Positions 47,232-55,795 of a stretch of 64,000 nucleotides of DNA are shown piece after piece. A program made the translations under genes and the position numbers. The notes below the pieces were generated by a model. That model did not search any database. It saw only the letters and a list, made by a program, of their open reading frames with translations, and had not been told where the DNA came from. How positions within the stretch are numbered: position 1 is the stretch's first letter; every line of letters begins with the position of its first letter. This DNA is from Myxococcota bacterium (GTDB lineage: Bacteria; Myxococcota; XYA12-FULL-58-9; JALHOP01), in the NCBI GenBank assembly GCA_041288095.1, contig JBGGMJ010000022.1, positions 21,754-85,753 of the forward strand. The letters run 5' to 3'.

Positions 47232-48692
47232 TTACGCGGCGTCCTTCTTCTCGCGGTGGATGCGTGGCTTGAGGCTGCCCGCGAGGACGATGCGCTTGAT
47301 GCTGGCATCGTCAGGCACCGAGTGCACCAAGTCACGGAAGATCTTTTCGAAGATCGACGTGAGACCGCGGCCGCCCGTACCGCGCGCCATGCCGAGCTTC
47401 GCGAGCTCCTTGACGGCGCCCGGCTTGATCTCGAGCTCGACGCCTTCGAGCGCGAAGGTACCCTTGTATTGCTTGGCGAGCGCGTTGCGTGGCTCCGTGA
47501 TGATCTTCGCGAAATCGTCGAGGCTGAGGGGCATGAGGCCGGCGATCGCAGGGAAGCGTCCAACGAGCTCGCGCATCATGCCGAAGCGAACCAAGTCCAC
47601 CGGTTCGATGGATGAGTAGACCTCGCGCGCATCGACCTTGTTGCGCTCTTCGGCCGACTTGGGCTCACCACCGAAGCCAATCGAGGGTTTTGCGTCGACG
47701 TCTTCGGCTTGCTTGCGGGCCTTCCAGATGTCCTCGATGCCCGAGAAGGCACCGCCGGCGATGAACAAGACGTTGGTCGTGTCGAACTTGATGAACTCGC
47801 CATTGGGATGCTTGCGGCCGCCTCCCGGTGGCACGTTGAAGACACCGCCTTCGACCATCTTGAGCAGCATCTGCTGCACGCCGGCGCCGGAGACGTCGCG
47901 GGTGATCGAGGCGCTCTCGCCTTCGGGCTTACGCTTCTTGTCGAACTCGTCGATGAAGAGGATGCCGCGCTGGGCTTTCTCGACGTCGTTGTCCGCCGCG
48001 GCGATCAGCTTCAGGAGCATGCCTTCGACGTCTTCGCCGACGTAGCCGGCTTCGGTGTACGAGTTGGCGTCCACGATGTCGAAGGGCACGTCGAGGAGCT
48101 TCGCGATGCTGCGCGCGATGAGCGTCTTGCCGACACCGGTCGGGCCGATGAGGAGGATGTTCGCCTTCTCGAGGATGTCGTCGGGTACCGGCACGCCGCG
48201 CGCCTTGCAGTCATCGATCTGCGCGGTGCGCTTCAAGTGCTGATAGACCGCGTTCGCGACCACCTTCTTCGCGAGCGCCTGTCCCCAGACGTACTGGTCG
48301 AGGTGCTTGACGATCTGCGACGGCGTCGGGATGTCGGCGAGCAGCGGGTTGCGCGAGATCGGCAACGGTTGGATCGAGGCGACCTGGCCGGCGAGCAGAG
48401 GGTGGAGCACCATGCCGTTGAAGCGGCTGGCGTCAGCGCCCGCTTTAGCGTTCAGCTCTTCGACGGCGCTCAGGGTCTTGAGGAAGGTCTCGGGTCCGTG
48501 GGCGTGAACCGCGCCGCGAACCGCATCCAATGCGTCCTTGAAGGCTTCGACGTTGGGGTGGCCTTCGGCGCCCTTCAACACGGTCTCGAGCTCGGTTTGG
48601 TTCGCCGGCGCCTTTTCGGGGACCAACGAGCCCTTTCTGAGGGCGAGGTACGCTTCACTACCAACAAGAGGAAGAATGCCAAAACTGCTCAA
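47232..48692 (-). CDS. clpX: ClpX-like AAA+ ATPase lacking the C4 zinc-binding domain, with a novel N-terminal domain
   Basis: LDQYVWGQ, GPTGVGKT, GYVGEDVE, IDEFDK, RDVSG.GVQQ.LLK, RKHP and IGF loop; TTG 48692 with GGAGG RBS; no CxxC pairs in the N-terminus. Confidence 0.9.
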   Translation of the reverse strand: MSSFGILPLVGSEAYLALRKGSLVPEKAPANQTELETVLKGAEGHPNVEAFKDALDAVRGAVHAHGPETFLKTLSAVEELNAKAGADASRFNGMVLHPLLAGQVASIQPLPISRNPLLADIPTPSQIVKHLDQYVWGQALAKKVVANAVYQHLKRTAQIDDCKARGVPVPDDILEKANILLIGPTGVGKTLIARSIAKLLDVPFDIVDANSYTEAGYVGEDVEGMLLKLIAAADNDVEKAQRGILFIDEFDKKRKPEGESASITRDVSGAGVQQMLLKMVEGGVFNVPPGGGRKHPNGEFIKFDTTNVLFIAGGAFSGIEDIWKARKQAEDVDAKPSIGFGGEPKSAEERNKVDAREVYSSIEPVDLVRFGMMRELVGRFPAIAGLMPLSLDDFAKIITEPRNALAKQYKGTFALEGVELEIKPGAVKELAKLGMARGTGGRGLTSIFEKIFRDLVHSVPDDASIKRIVLAGSLKPRIHREKKDAA

Positions 48693-48728
48693 AACAGCCT
48701 CCAAATCGCTGCCATGTCGTCAGTTTTC

Positions 48729-48754
48729 CTATCGGCACGATTTTTCGGAGGTTG
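48729..48754 (-). promoter_or_regulatory. candidate sigma-28-like promoter for the clpX-like gene
   Basis: Minus strand CAAC-N14-GCCGATAG. Confidence 0.7.
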
Positions 48755-48794
48755 TGTGCTGGACCCAAGATTTATTGATCTGATGGCACTTCAT

Positions 48795-48820
48795 CAATCA
48801 ACACCGTCGCGACCCGATCG
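48795..48820 (+). promoter_or_regulatory. candidate sigma-28-like promoter
   Basis: CAAT-N14-CCCGATCG upstream of 48880. Confidence 0.45.
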
Positions 48821-48879
48821 GAAGGGCGGGGGCGGGTCGGTGGGGCGCGCCGGTGGGATTCCGTGGTATGCCTTTTCAT

Positions 48880-50226
48880 ATGACGGTATCGCGTGTTCCC
48901 CCGGGGCAGCCGGGGGCGGCCTCGTCGACGCGGGAATCCACGCCCACCCGGGAGCATCCGGCCGGGCCCGCCATGCAAACCGGCAATGTCGAGGCTGGCT
49001 CGAAGGCCGGCACTCTGAGCTTGCCGGGTGGCAAGACCGTCCTGATGTGCGTGGTCGATGCCGATGGCGCGCCGACCGTTCATCGCGCCGGCGCCGAGTC
49101 GGAGTCCGCTGTGGCGGGCGATGCCGGTCTCAAGACCTTCAAGGTCGCCGACATTCTGCGGCCGGGCTTGCCGCTCACGCCCTACGGCATGCACACCTTC
49201 GACGCCCTCCATGGTCCGATATCGCCCGCGGCGACCACGGCGCTCCACGTGCTGCACGCGACGCTCGCGGGGGCACTCCCGGGCGCTGTTTCCCAGGACC
49301 TGACCCATCGCAACCGCTTGGCCGCCGCGGTCTACACGCTGGCGCGGCAATACGCCGCGCTGGCCAAGGCCATCAACTTCGAGAGTGCTTCGTCCGCCGC
49401 ACGGGCTCGGGCCCTGGTGGTCGAGGCGGCGCAGGTTCTCGACGCGCTCGGCTCGCAGCTCTCCCGTAACTCGATGTTCGCCCTGCTCGACACGGCACAA
49501 TACGCCGTCTTGTCCGCCATGGCGAACAGACCATCCGTCGTCACGAAAGCAGTCGAGACGCTCGTCGACCTGACCGCGACGCGGTTCTCGCAGACCGCCG
49601 GCTGGCTCGGCGGAGCGCGAGGCGAAAGCTGGGAGAGCCAGGAGCGCACGCGTGCCTACGAGAACTTCAACGGGCCGCTCCACTTCGTGAGCGCCTACCG
49701 GCGCAATCAACACTATCCCTTCGACGAGCTGCCGCTCGGGGCGCTTGCGTTTCTCGGTACCGAGGCGGGTCCGACCCTGAAACAGGGCATCGTCGACTTC
49801 GTCCTCAAGGCCGACAAGGGTCTCGGGCTGCTCATCGAGCTGCACGCAGCGCGCTTCATCTCGGGAAAACCCGCGGGCGAGGCAAAACCGCCGATGGGAG
49901 CTCAGGGTGACCTGGAGCGCCTGCTCGTCGGCTTGGCGCACTTCAAGCGCGACGACAGCACCGGCTATTCGGCGGCGCGCGCCTTCGCGCAGACCGCGGC
50001 GATCTACGATGCGGTACTCGAGAAGGCGGAGTCACCCGCGATGCATCGCCTGGTCACCGACTGCGCCCTGACCGCTCTCGACCTGTATGCCCATGGCAAG
50101 GTCCGCTCGGCCGAAGCCGACGAGGCAGCGCGGGAGCTCGTCGCGCGCCTGAGAAGGCGCGGCCCCGATGAGATCACGAACGCGCGTATCGGCCGGCTCC
50201 TTACCGCGCGCGCTCAGGCCCGCTAA
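48880..50226 (+). CDS. hypothetical protein, low-complexity N-terminus and helical body
   Basis: Long ORF with typical codon usage; start uncertain (48853/48868/48880). Confidence 0.75.
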   Translation: MTVSRVPPGQPGAASSTRESTPTREHPAGPAMQTGNVEAGSKAGTLSLPGGKTVLMCVVDADGAPTVHRAGAESESAVAGDAGLKTFKVADILRPGLPLTPYGMHTFDALHGPISPAATTALHVLHATLAGALPGAVSQDLTHRNRLAAAVYTLARQYAALAKAINFESASSAARARALVVEAAQVLDALGSQLSRNSMFALLDTAQYAVLSAMANRPSVVTKAVETLVDLTATRFSQTAGWLGGARGESWESQERTRAYENFNGPLHFVSAYRRNQHYPFDELPLGALAFLGTEAGPTLKQGIVDFVLKADKGLGLLIELHAARFISGKPAGEAKPPMGAQGDLERLLVGLAHFKRDDSTGYSAARAFAQTAAIYDAVLEKAESPAMHRLVTDCALTALDLYAHGKVRSAEADEAARELVARLRRRGPDEITNARIGRLLTARAQAR

Positions 50227-50565
50227 CTACTTTTTCTTGGTGACCTTGGCGCGGCGCTTCGCGGGCGCAGCCGCCATTTGATCGCAGGCGCAGAACGCCA
50301 TCAGCTCCCGCATGGCGTGGCTCTCGAGCGTCACGAACTTGTGCTGGCCTTCCTGCTCGCAGCGGATGAGGCCGGCGTTGGTCAGGACCTTCCAGTGGTG
50401 GCTGAGCAACGCGATGCTGATGCCGAGCCGGTCGGCGAGCTCCGTGCCGCACATGGCCCCGTTCTGAGCGAGCAAGTTGATGATCTGCACTCGGTTCGGC
50501 TCACCGAGTGCCTTGAACATCTTGGCTCGCCGGGCGTGGCGGGTTTTGTCATCGGGCGCGTTCAT
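50227..50565 (-). CDS. ArsR/SmtB family transcriptional regulator
   Basis: FKALGEPNRVQII.LL...CGTEL...LSHH.KVL..AGLI; GGGAGG RBS before ATG 50565. Confidence 0.9.
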   Translation of the reverse strand: MNAPDDKTRHARRAKMFKALGEPNRVQIINLLAQNGAMCGTELADRLGISIALLSHHWKVLTNAGLIRCEQEGQHKFVTLESHAMRELMAFCACDQMAAAPAKRRAKVTKKK

Positions 50566-50611
50566 GACCTCCCGAATATAGACATGAAAGCACCCCGAGC
50601 ACACCCCATCG

Positions 50612-50647
50612 ACTCAAATGGTCAAATACATGCTTGACTGTTTGAGT
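50612..50647. promoter_or_regulatory. inverted repeat, candidate ArsR operator overlapping a TTGACT -35 box
   Basis: ACTCAAATGGTCAA-N8-TTGACTGTTTGAGT (12/14 matching arms) between the divergent regulator and efflux genes. Confidence 0.65.
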
Positions 50648-50668
50648 TGCCTTACCCATCTTCGGGGC

Positions 50669-51784
50669 ATGCGTTACCCCCTCCTCGCAGCCCTTGGCAT
50701 CCTACTCCTGCAAGCTTGCAACGCCGCCGAAGCCGGTGCCGGCGGAGCGTCGGCGCCACCACCGACTCCGGTGAGCGCTGCCACGCCTCTCGTCGAAGAC
50801 GCCGTCGAATGGAGCGAATTCACCGGCCACACCGAAGCCGTCGCCACGGTCGAGCTGCGGGCGCGAGTCTCCGGCTATCTGACGCGCGTTGGCTTCGTGG
50901 AAGGCGACGTGGTCGAGAAGGGCGCGTTGCTCTACGCCCTCGACGCCCGGCCATACGAGGCAGACCTCGCGCGCGCCGAAGGTGAGCTCGCTCGCGCCGG
51001 TGCCAATGTCAGCTTCGCCGAGCGCGAGGTGGGGAGAGCGGAGCGTCTCATCGCGGCGCAAGCAATCGCCGAGCGTGAGCGCGACAGCACCCAGAGCACG
51101 CTCGATCGCGAGCGCGCGGCCACCAAGGTTGCCCAGGCCGCGGTGGCCTCCGCGCGTCTCAACATCGAGTACTCGCGCCTGGTCGCGCCGATCCGCGGGC
51201 GCATCGGCCGCACCTCGGTGACGCCGGGTAACCTCGTGCAAGCCAACGGCGCCGAGCCCCTCACGACCATCGTGAGCATCGACCCGATCTACGTGTATGT
51301 CGACGTCGACGAAGCGCGAGCGTTGCGGCTGTCCACCGAAGGCGCGAGCGCCAAGGTGTGGGTCGGCGTCGCCGACGAGGGCGGCTATCCACACGAAGGC
51401 ACGCTCGACTGGATCGACAACCATGCCCAAGCCGGATCTGGCACGGTGCGGGCCCGCGCCGTCATCGCCAATCCGGACGGCAAGCTGCGGCCGGGGATGT
51501 TCGCCCGACTGCGGTTGCCACGAGATAGGATCGAGCGAGCGGTCTTGGTCGATGACCGTGCTGTCGGCACCGACCAAGATCGCAAGTTCGTCTACGTCAT
51601 CGAGGGAGACAAGGTCGCCTATCGCGCGGTCGATCTCGGCGGGAAGTTCGAGGGCCTGCGCATTGTGCGCGACGGCCTCACTGCTTCCGACCGTGTCGTC
51701 GTCAGCGGACTGCAGCGCGTGCGCCCGGGCATGACGGTGGCCGCGCGTGACGTCGCCATGAAGGAAGAAGGTAGTGCCCAATGA
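50669..51784 (+). CDS. RND efflux periplasmic adaptor (MFP), MexE-like
   Basis: LQA-C lipobox, ELRARVSGY, APIRGRIG, LRPGMFAR and GTDQDRKFV. Confidence 0.93.
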   Translation: MRYPLLAALGILLLQACNAAEAGAGGASAPPPTPVSAATPLVEDAVEWSEFTGHTEAVATVELRARVSGYLTRVGFVEGDVVEKGALLYALDARPYEADLARAEGELARAGANVSFAEREVGRAERLIAAQAIAERERDSTQSTLDRERAATKVAQAAVASARLNIEYSRLVAPIRGRIGRTSVTPGNLVQANGAEPLTTIVSIDPIYVYVDVDEARALRLSTEGASAKVWVGVADEGGYPHEGTLDWIDNHAQAGSGTVRARAVIANPDGKLRPGMFARLRLPRDRIERAVLVDDRAVGTDQDRKFVYVIEGDKVAYRAVDLGGKFEGLRIVRDGLTASDRVVVSGLQRVRPGMTVAARDVAMKEEGSAQ

Positions 51785-54700
51785 GAATCGCGCGCTTTTT
51801 CATCGATCGCCCGGTCTTCGCCGCGGTCATCTCGATCATCATCTTCGTCGCTGGTGCAATCTCGGTCTTCCAGCTGCCGATCTCGGAGTATCCCGAGGTC
51901 GTGCCGCCCACGGTGGTCGTGCGCGCCATGTATCCCGGCGCCAACCCCAAGGTAATCGCCGAGACCGTGGCGGCGCCGCTCGAGCAAGAGATCAACGGCG
52001 TCGAGAACATGCTGTACATGAGCAGCGAGTCGACGAGCGACGGCGCCATGACGCTCACCGTGACGTTTCGTATCGGCACCAACCTCGACACGGCGCAGGT
52101 GCAGGTGCAGAACCGCGTCGCGCAAGCGCAGGTGCGCTTGCCGGAGGACGTTCGACGCTTTGGCGTGACGACGCGCAAGAGCACTCCCGACCTCACCATG
52201 GTCGTGCACATCGTCTCGCCCGACGGGCGTTACGACGAGACCTATCTGCGCAACTACGCGGCGCTGCAGATCAAGGACACCCTCGCGCGCATCCCAGGCA
52301 TGGGCGAGGTGCAGCTCTTCGGCTCGGGCGATTACGCCATGCGCATCTGGCTCGATCCGCGAAAGCTCGCCGCCAAGAACCTGACCGCGAGCGACGTCGT
52401 CGCGGCGCTGCGTGAGCAGAATGTCCAGGTCGCGGCCGGCACGCTGGCTCAGCAACCAGCACCCAACGGCGAGAGCTTCCAGCTCGCCATCAACACGCGC
52501 GGCCGCCTCACCACCGAGAGCGAGTTCGCCGATGTGATCATCAAGGCCAGCGAGAGCGAGGGCACCGTGCGGGTCGCCGACGTCGCCCGCGTCCAGCTCG
52601 GCGCCGATCAATATGCGCTGCGGGCGCTCCTCAACAATCAGGCGGCCGTCGCCATCCCCATTTTCCAGACGCCGGGGTCGAATGCGCTCGAGCTCTCCAA
52701 CCAGGTGCGCGCCAGCATGGAAGAGCTGTCGAAGTCCTTCCCCGACGGCGTCGCCTACCGTATCGCCTACGACCCAACGCGCTTCGTGCGCGCGTCAATC
52801 GAAGAGGTCGTGCGTACGTTGTTCGAGGCCCTGGCGCTCGTCGTCCTCGTGGTCCTGATCTTCCTGCAGACCTGGCGCGCTTCGATCATCCCCATCGCCG
52901 CGGTGCCGGTCTCGCTCGTCGGGACCTTCGCCGTGATGCAGCTACTCGGCTTCTCGATCAACGCGCTCTCGCTCTTCGGCTTGGTGCTCGCCATCGGCAT
53001 CGTCGTCGACGACGCCATCGTCGTGGTGGAGAACGTCGAGCGCAACATCGAGGCCGGCTTGTCGCCCATCGAAGCCACGCGCAAGGCGATGGACGAAGTG
53101 AGCGGCCCCATTATCGCCATCGCCCTCGTGCTTTGCGCCGTCTTCCTGCCGATCGCCTTCATCAGTGGGCTCACCGGCCAGTTCTACCGGCAGTTCGCTC
53201 TCACCATCGCCATCTCGACGGTGATCTCGGCGTTCAATTCGCTCACCCTGAGCCCGGCGCTGGCGGCGAAGCTGCTCCTCGCGCATGACGCGCCGAAGGA
53301 CCGTCTGTCGCGCGGCATCGATAAGCTCTTCGGCTGGTTCTTCCGGCCGTTCAACCGCTTCTTCGCGGCGGCCTCAAACCGCTACGTCGGTGCGGTGCGC
53401 ACGCTACTGCGCCGCTCGTCTCTCGCGCTCGTGGTCTACGGAGGCCTGCTCGCGCTTACGTACGTGGGCTTCGACAAGGTGCCGACCGGCTTCGTGCCGG
53501 GTCAGGATAAGCAGTATCTCGTCGCGTTCGCGCAGCTGCCCGACGCGTCGTCGCTATCGCGGACGGACGAAGTCATTCGCCGCATGGGTGACATCGCCAA
53601 GGAGACGCCGGGCGTCGCCGACACCATCGCTTTCCCCGGTCTTTCGATCGCCGGCTTCACCAACAGTCCGAGCGCCGGCATCGTCTTCGTCGGCCTGACG
53701 TCCTTCGAGGAGCGGCGCGCGCCCGAGCTATCGGGCAACGCCATCGCGGCCACCTTGAACCAGAAGTTCGGCGCCATCGACGAAGCCTTCGTCGCCATCT
53801 TCCCTCCGCCTCCGGTTCAGGGGCTCGGCACCACCGGCGGCTTCAAGCTCTACATCGAGGACCGCGGTGACGCCGGGCTCGAGGCGCTCTACGAGGCGAC
53901 CCAGGGCTTCGTTGGCGCCGGCCGTCAGGCCCCCGAGCTCGCCGGTCTGTTCTCGGGCTACCAGGTGAACGTGCCGCAGCTCTACGCCGACGTCGACCGG
54001 GCCAAGGCGAAGACCGCTGGGGTGCCGCTCACCAACGTGTTCGAGACCATGCAGGCGAATCTGGGCTCGCTCTACGTCAACGACTTCAACCGTTTCGGCC
54101 GCACCTTCCGCGTGACGGTTCAAGCGGACCAGGGCTTCAGAGAGCGACCCGAGGACATCACGGCCTTGAAGACGCGCAACCTCGCGGGTGAGATGGTGCC
54201 GCTGGGCACGTTGGTGACGGTGCGGCCGGCGCACGGTCCGGACCGCGTATCGCACTACAACGGTTATCCCGCCGCCGAGGTGAACGGCTCCGCCGCTCCC
54301 GGTTACAGCTCGGGGCAAGCGCTCGCTTCGGTTACGCGCATCGCGGCGAATACGCTGCCGATCGGCACCAAGTTCGAGTGGACCGATCTCACGTACCAGC
54401 AGATCATGGCCGGCAACACGGCGGCGCTCATCTTCCCGCTCTGCGTCTTGCTCGTGTTCTTGGTGCTCGCCGCGCAATACGAGAGCTGGTCGCTACCGCT
54501 CACCGTCATTCTCATCGTGCCGATGTGTTTGCTCGCGGCGATCACCGGGGTCTGGCTCGACGGTGGTGACAACAATCTCTTCACCCAGATTGGCCTGTTC
54601 GTGCTCGTCGGACTCGCCTGCAAGAACGCCATCCTCATCGTCGAGTTCGCGCGCGACGAGCAGAAGAAAGGGGTCAACGCGTTTCACGCGGTGCTCGAGG

Positions 54701-55008
54701 CTTGCCGTTTGCGCTTGCGACCCATCCTCATGACGTCGATCGCGTTCATCATGGGCGTCTGGCCGCTGGTGGCCTCACACGGCGCCGGCTCCGAGATGCG
54801 CCACGCCATGGGTGTCGCCGTCTTCGCCGGCATGATCGGCGTGACATTTTTCGGATTGTTGCTCACGCCCGTCTTCTACGGCGTCATCCGCCGCTTGGTG
54901 GACAAGCGCGAGCGGGCGGCCTTCAAGCCCGTCCTCTATCGCGTACCGGAGGACGGTGTCGCCAGTAATGACGACGGCCGTCCAGCGGGTTTTTTCACGG
55001 CAGGCTAG
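51781..55008 (+). CDS. RND efflux permease (HAE1, MexF/OqxB-like)
   Basis: FFIDRPVFA, GIVVDDAIVVVENVER, KNAILIVEFA and RLRPILMTS. Confidence 0.96.
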   Translation: MRIARFFIDRPVFAAVISIIIFVAGAISVFQLPISEYPEVVPPTVVVRAMYPGANPKVIAETVAAPLEQEINGVENMLYMSSESTSDGAMTLTVTFRIGTNLDTAQVQVQNRVAQAQVRLPEDVRRFGVTTRKSTPDLTMVVHIVSPDGRYDETYLRNYAALQIKDTLARIPGMGEVQLFGSGDYAMRIWLDPRKLAAKNLTASDVVAALREQNVQVAAGTLAQQPAPNGESFQLAINTRGRLTTESEFADVIIKASESEGTVRVADVARVQLGADQYALRALLNNQAAVAIPIFQTPGSNALELSNQVRASMEELSKSFPDGVAYRIAYDPTRFVRASIEEVVRTLFEALALVVLVVLIFLQTWRASIIPIAAVPVSLVGTFAVMQLLGFSINALSLFGLVLAIGIVVDDAIVVVENVERNIEAGLSPIEATRKAMDEVSGPIIAIALVLCAVFLPIAFISGLTGQFYRQFALTIAISTVISAFNSLTLSPALAAKLLLAHDAPKDRLSRGIDKLFGWFFRPFNRFFAAASNRYVGAVRTLLRRSSLALVVYGGLLALTYVGFDKVPTGFVPGQDKQYLVAFAQLPDASSLSRTDEVIRRMGDIAKETPGVADTIAFPGLSIAGFTNSPSAGIVFVGLTSFEERRAPELSGNAIAATLNQKFGAIDEAFVAIFPPPPVQGLGTTGGFKLYIEDRGDAGLEALYEATQGFVGAGRQAPELAGLFSGYQVNVPQLYADVDRAKAKTAGVPLTNVFETMQANLGSLYVNDFNRFGRTFRVTVQADQGFRERPEDITALKTRNLAGEMVPLGTLVTVRPAHGPDRVSHYNGYPAAEVNGSAAPGYSSGQALASVTRIAANTLPIGTKFEWTDLTYQQIMAGNTAALIFPLCVLLVFLVLAAQYESWSLPLTVILIVPMCLLAAITGVWLDGGDNNLFTQIGLFVLVGLACKNAILIVEFARDEQKKGVNAFHAVLEACRLRLRPILMTSIAFIMGVWPLVASHGAGSEMRHAMGVAVFAGMIGVTFFGLLLTPVFYGVIRRLVDKRERAAFKPVLYRVPEDGVASNDDGRPAGFFTAG

Positions 55009-55553
55009 CTGCGGCGCTTCTGGTCGCGTCGCTGGTGCTCCATGAACACCTGCCACACGTGTTTCACTTCGCTCGCGCCCTCGACGTTGTCGTCGGCCAT
55101 GCCCAGGCGCTCGACCTCCGCTTCATGCGGGTCGGTGCCGGAGATGAAGACGTGACCCTTGCGCATCTCGGCTTCGATGGCGCCGACTTTGCGGACCACT
55201 TGCTCGGGTGCCGTGAGGGCGCCGAGTTGGCCGGCTTGGGCGTGGGCGATGTCCGCTTGAGCGACCTGCTGCGACTTCGTCGCGCGGGGCTCCTTGGCGC
55301 TCGCCATGGCGTGATGCCAATGGTGAGTGTCGTTCGCTAGCTGTTGCGCCTTGACCAGGGCCTCTTCGCGGTTGTCGTTCTTGACGGTCGCGTCTTGGCG
55401 TCGCGAGGCATTTTGGTCGGTGTTCTTCCAGGCATCGTACTGCTGAATCTCTACCAGCCATTCGTCGTTCAGCGTTGCATGCATGTGTCGGGTCTCCTGG
55501 ACCTGAACACGGCGTTGGGCACGCAAGCCGTCGATTGATATATCGGAATCCAT
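55005..55553 (-). CDS. hypothetical protein (182 aa, hydrophilic)
   Basis: Strong AAGGAG RBS; fills the intergenic gap; no recognisable domain. Confidence 0.7.
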   Translation of the reverse strand: MDSDISIDGLRAQRRVQVQETRHMHATLNDEWLVEIQQYDAWKNTDQNASRRQDATVKNDNREEALVKAQQLANDTHHWHHAMASAKEPRATKSQQVAQADIAHAQAGQLGALTAPEQVVRKVGAIEAEMRKGHVFISGTDPHEAEVERLGMADDNVEGASEVKHVWQVFMEHQRRDQKRRS

Positions 55554-55636
55554 AGCTCCTTATCCTTGAGTGCCCGCTATCGAGCGGGCGTTCTGCAAAT
55601 ACACACCCGACATTCGCATCGAGCGTTACGACCGGC

Positions 55637-55662
55637 TTATCGGGTGCGCCAGCGGATCGTTG
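55637..55662 (-). promoter_or_regulatory. candidate sigma-28-like promoter
   Basis: Minus strand CAAC-N14-CCCGATAA. Confidence 0.7.
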
Positions 55663-55740
55663 CGCCTCGATCTGTGACAATTTCGCGCAAAGAAAAACCC
55701 CCGCCAGACCGCATAATTACGGCCCCGGCGTAGAGTCAGA

Positions 55741-55767
55741 AGACACGCGGACGCGAGCGCACGATAA
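55741..55767 (+). promoter_or_regulatory. weaker candidate sigma-28-like promoter
   Basis: AGAC-N15-CACGATAA 28 nt upstream of ATG 55796; good -10, poor -35. Confidence 0.4.
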
Positions 55768-55795
55768 CGCGTCGGCCGGGGAAAGGTGTGTCCTG

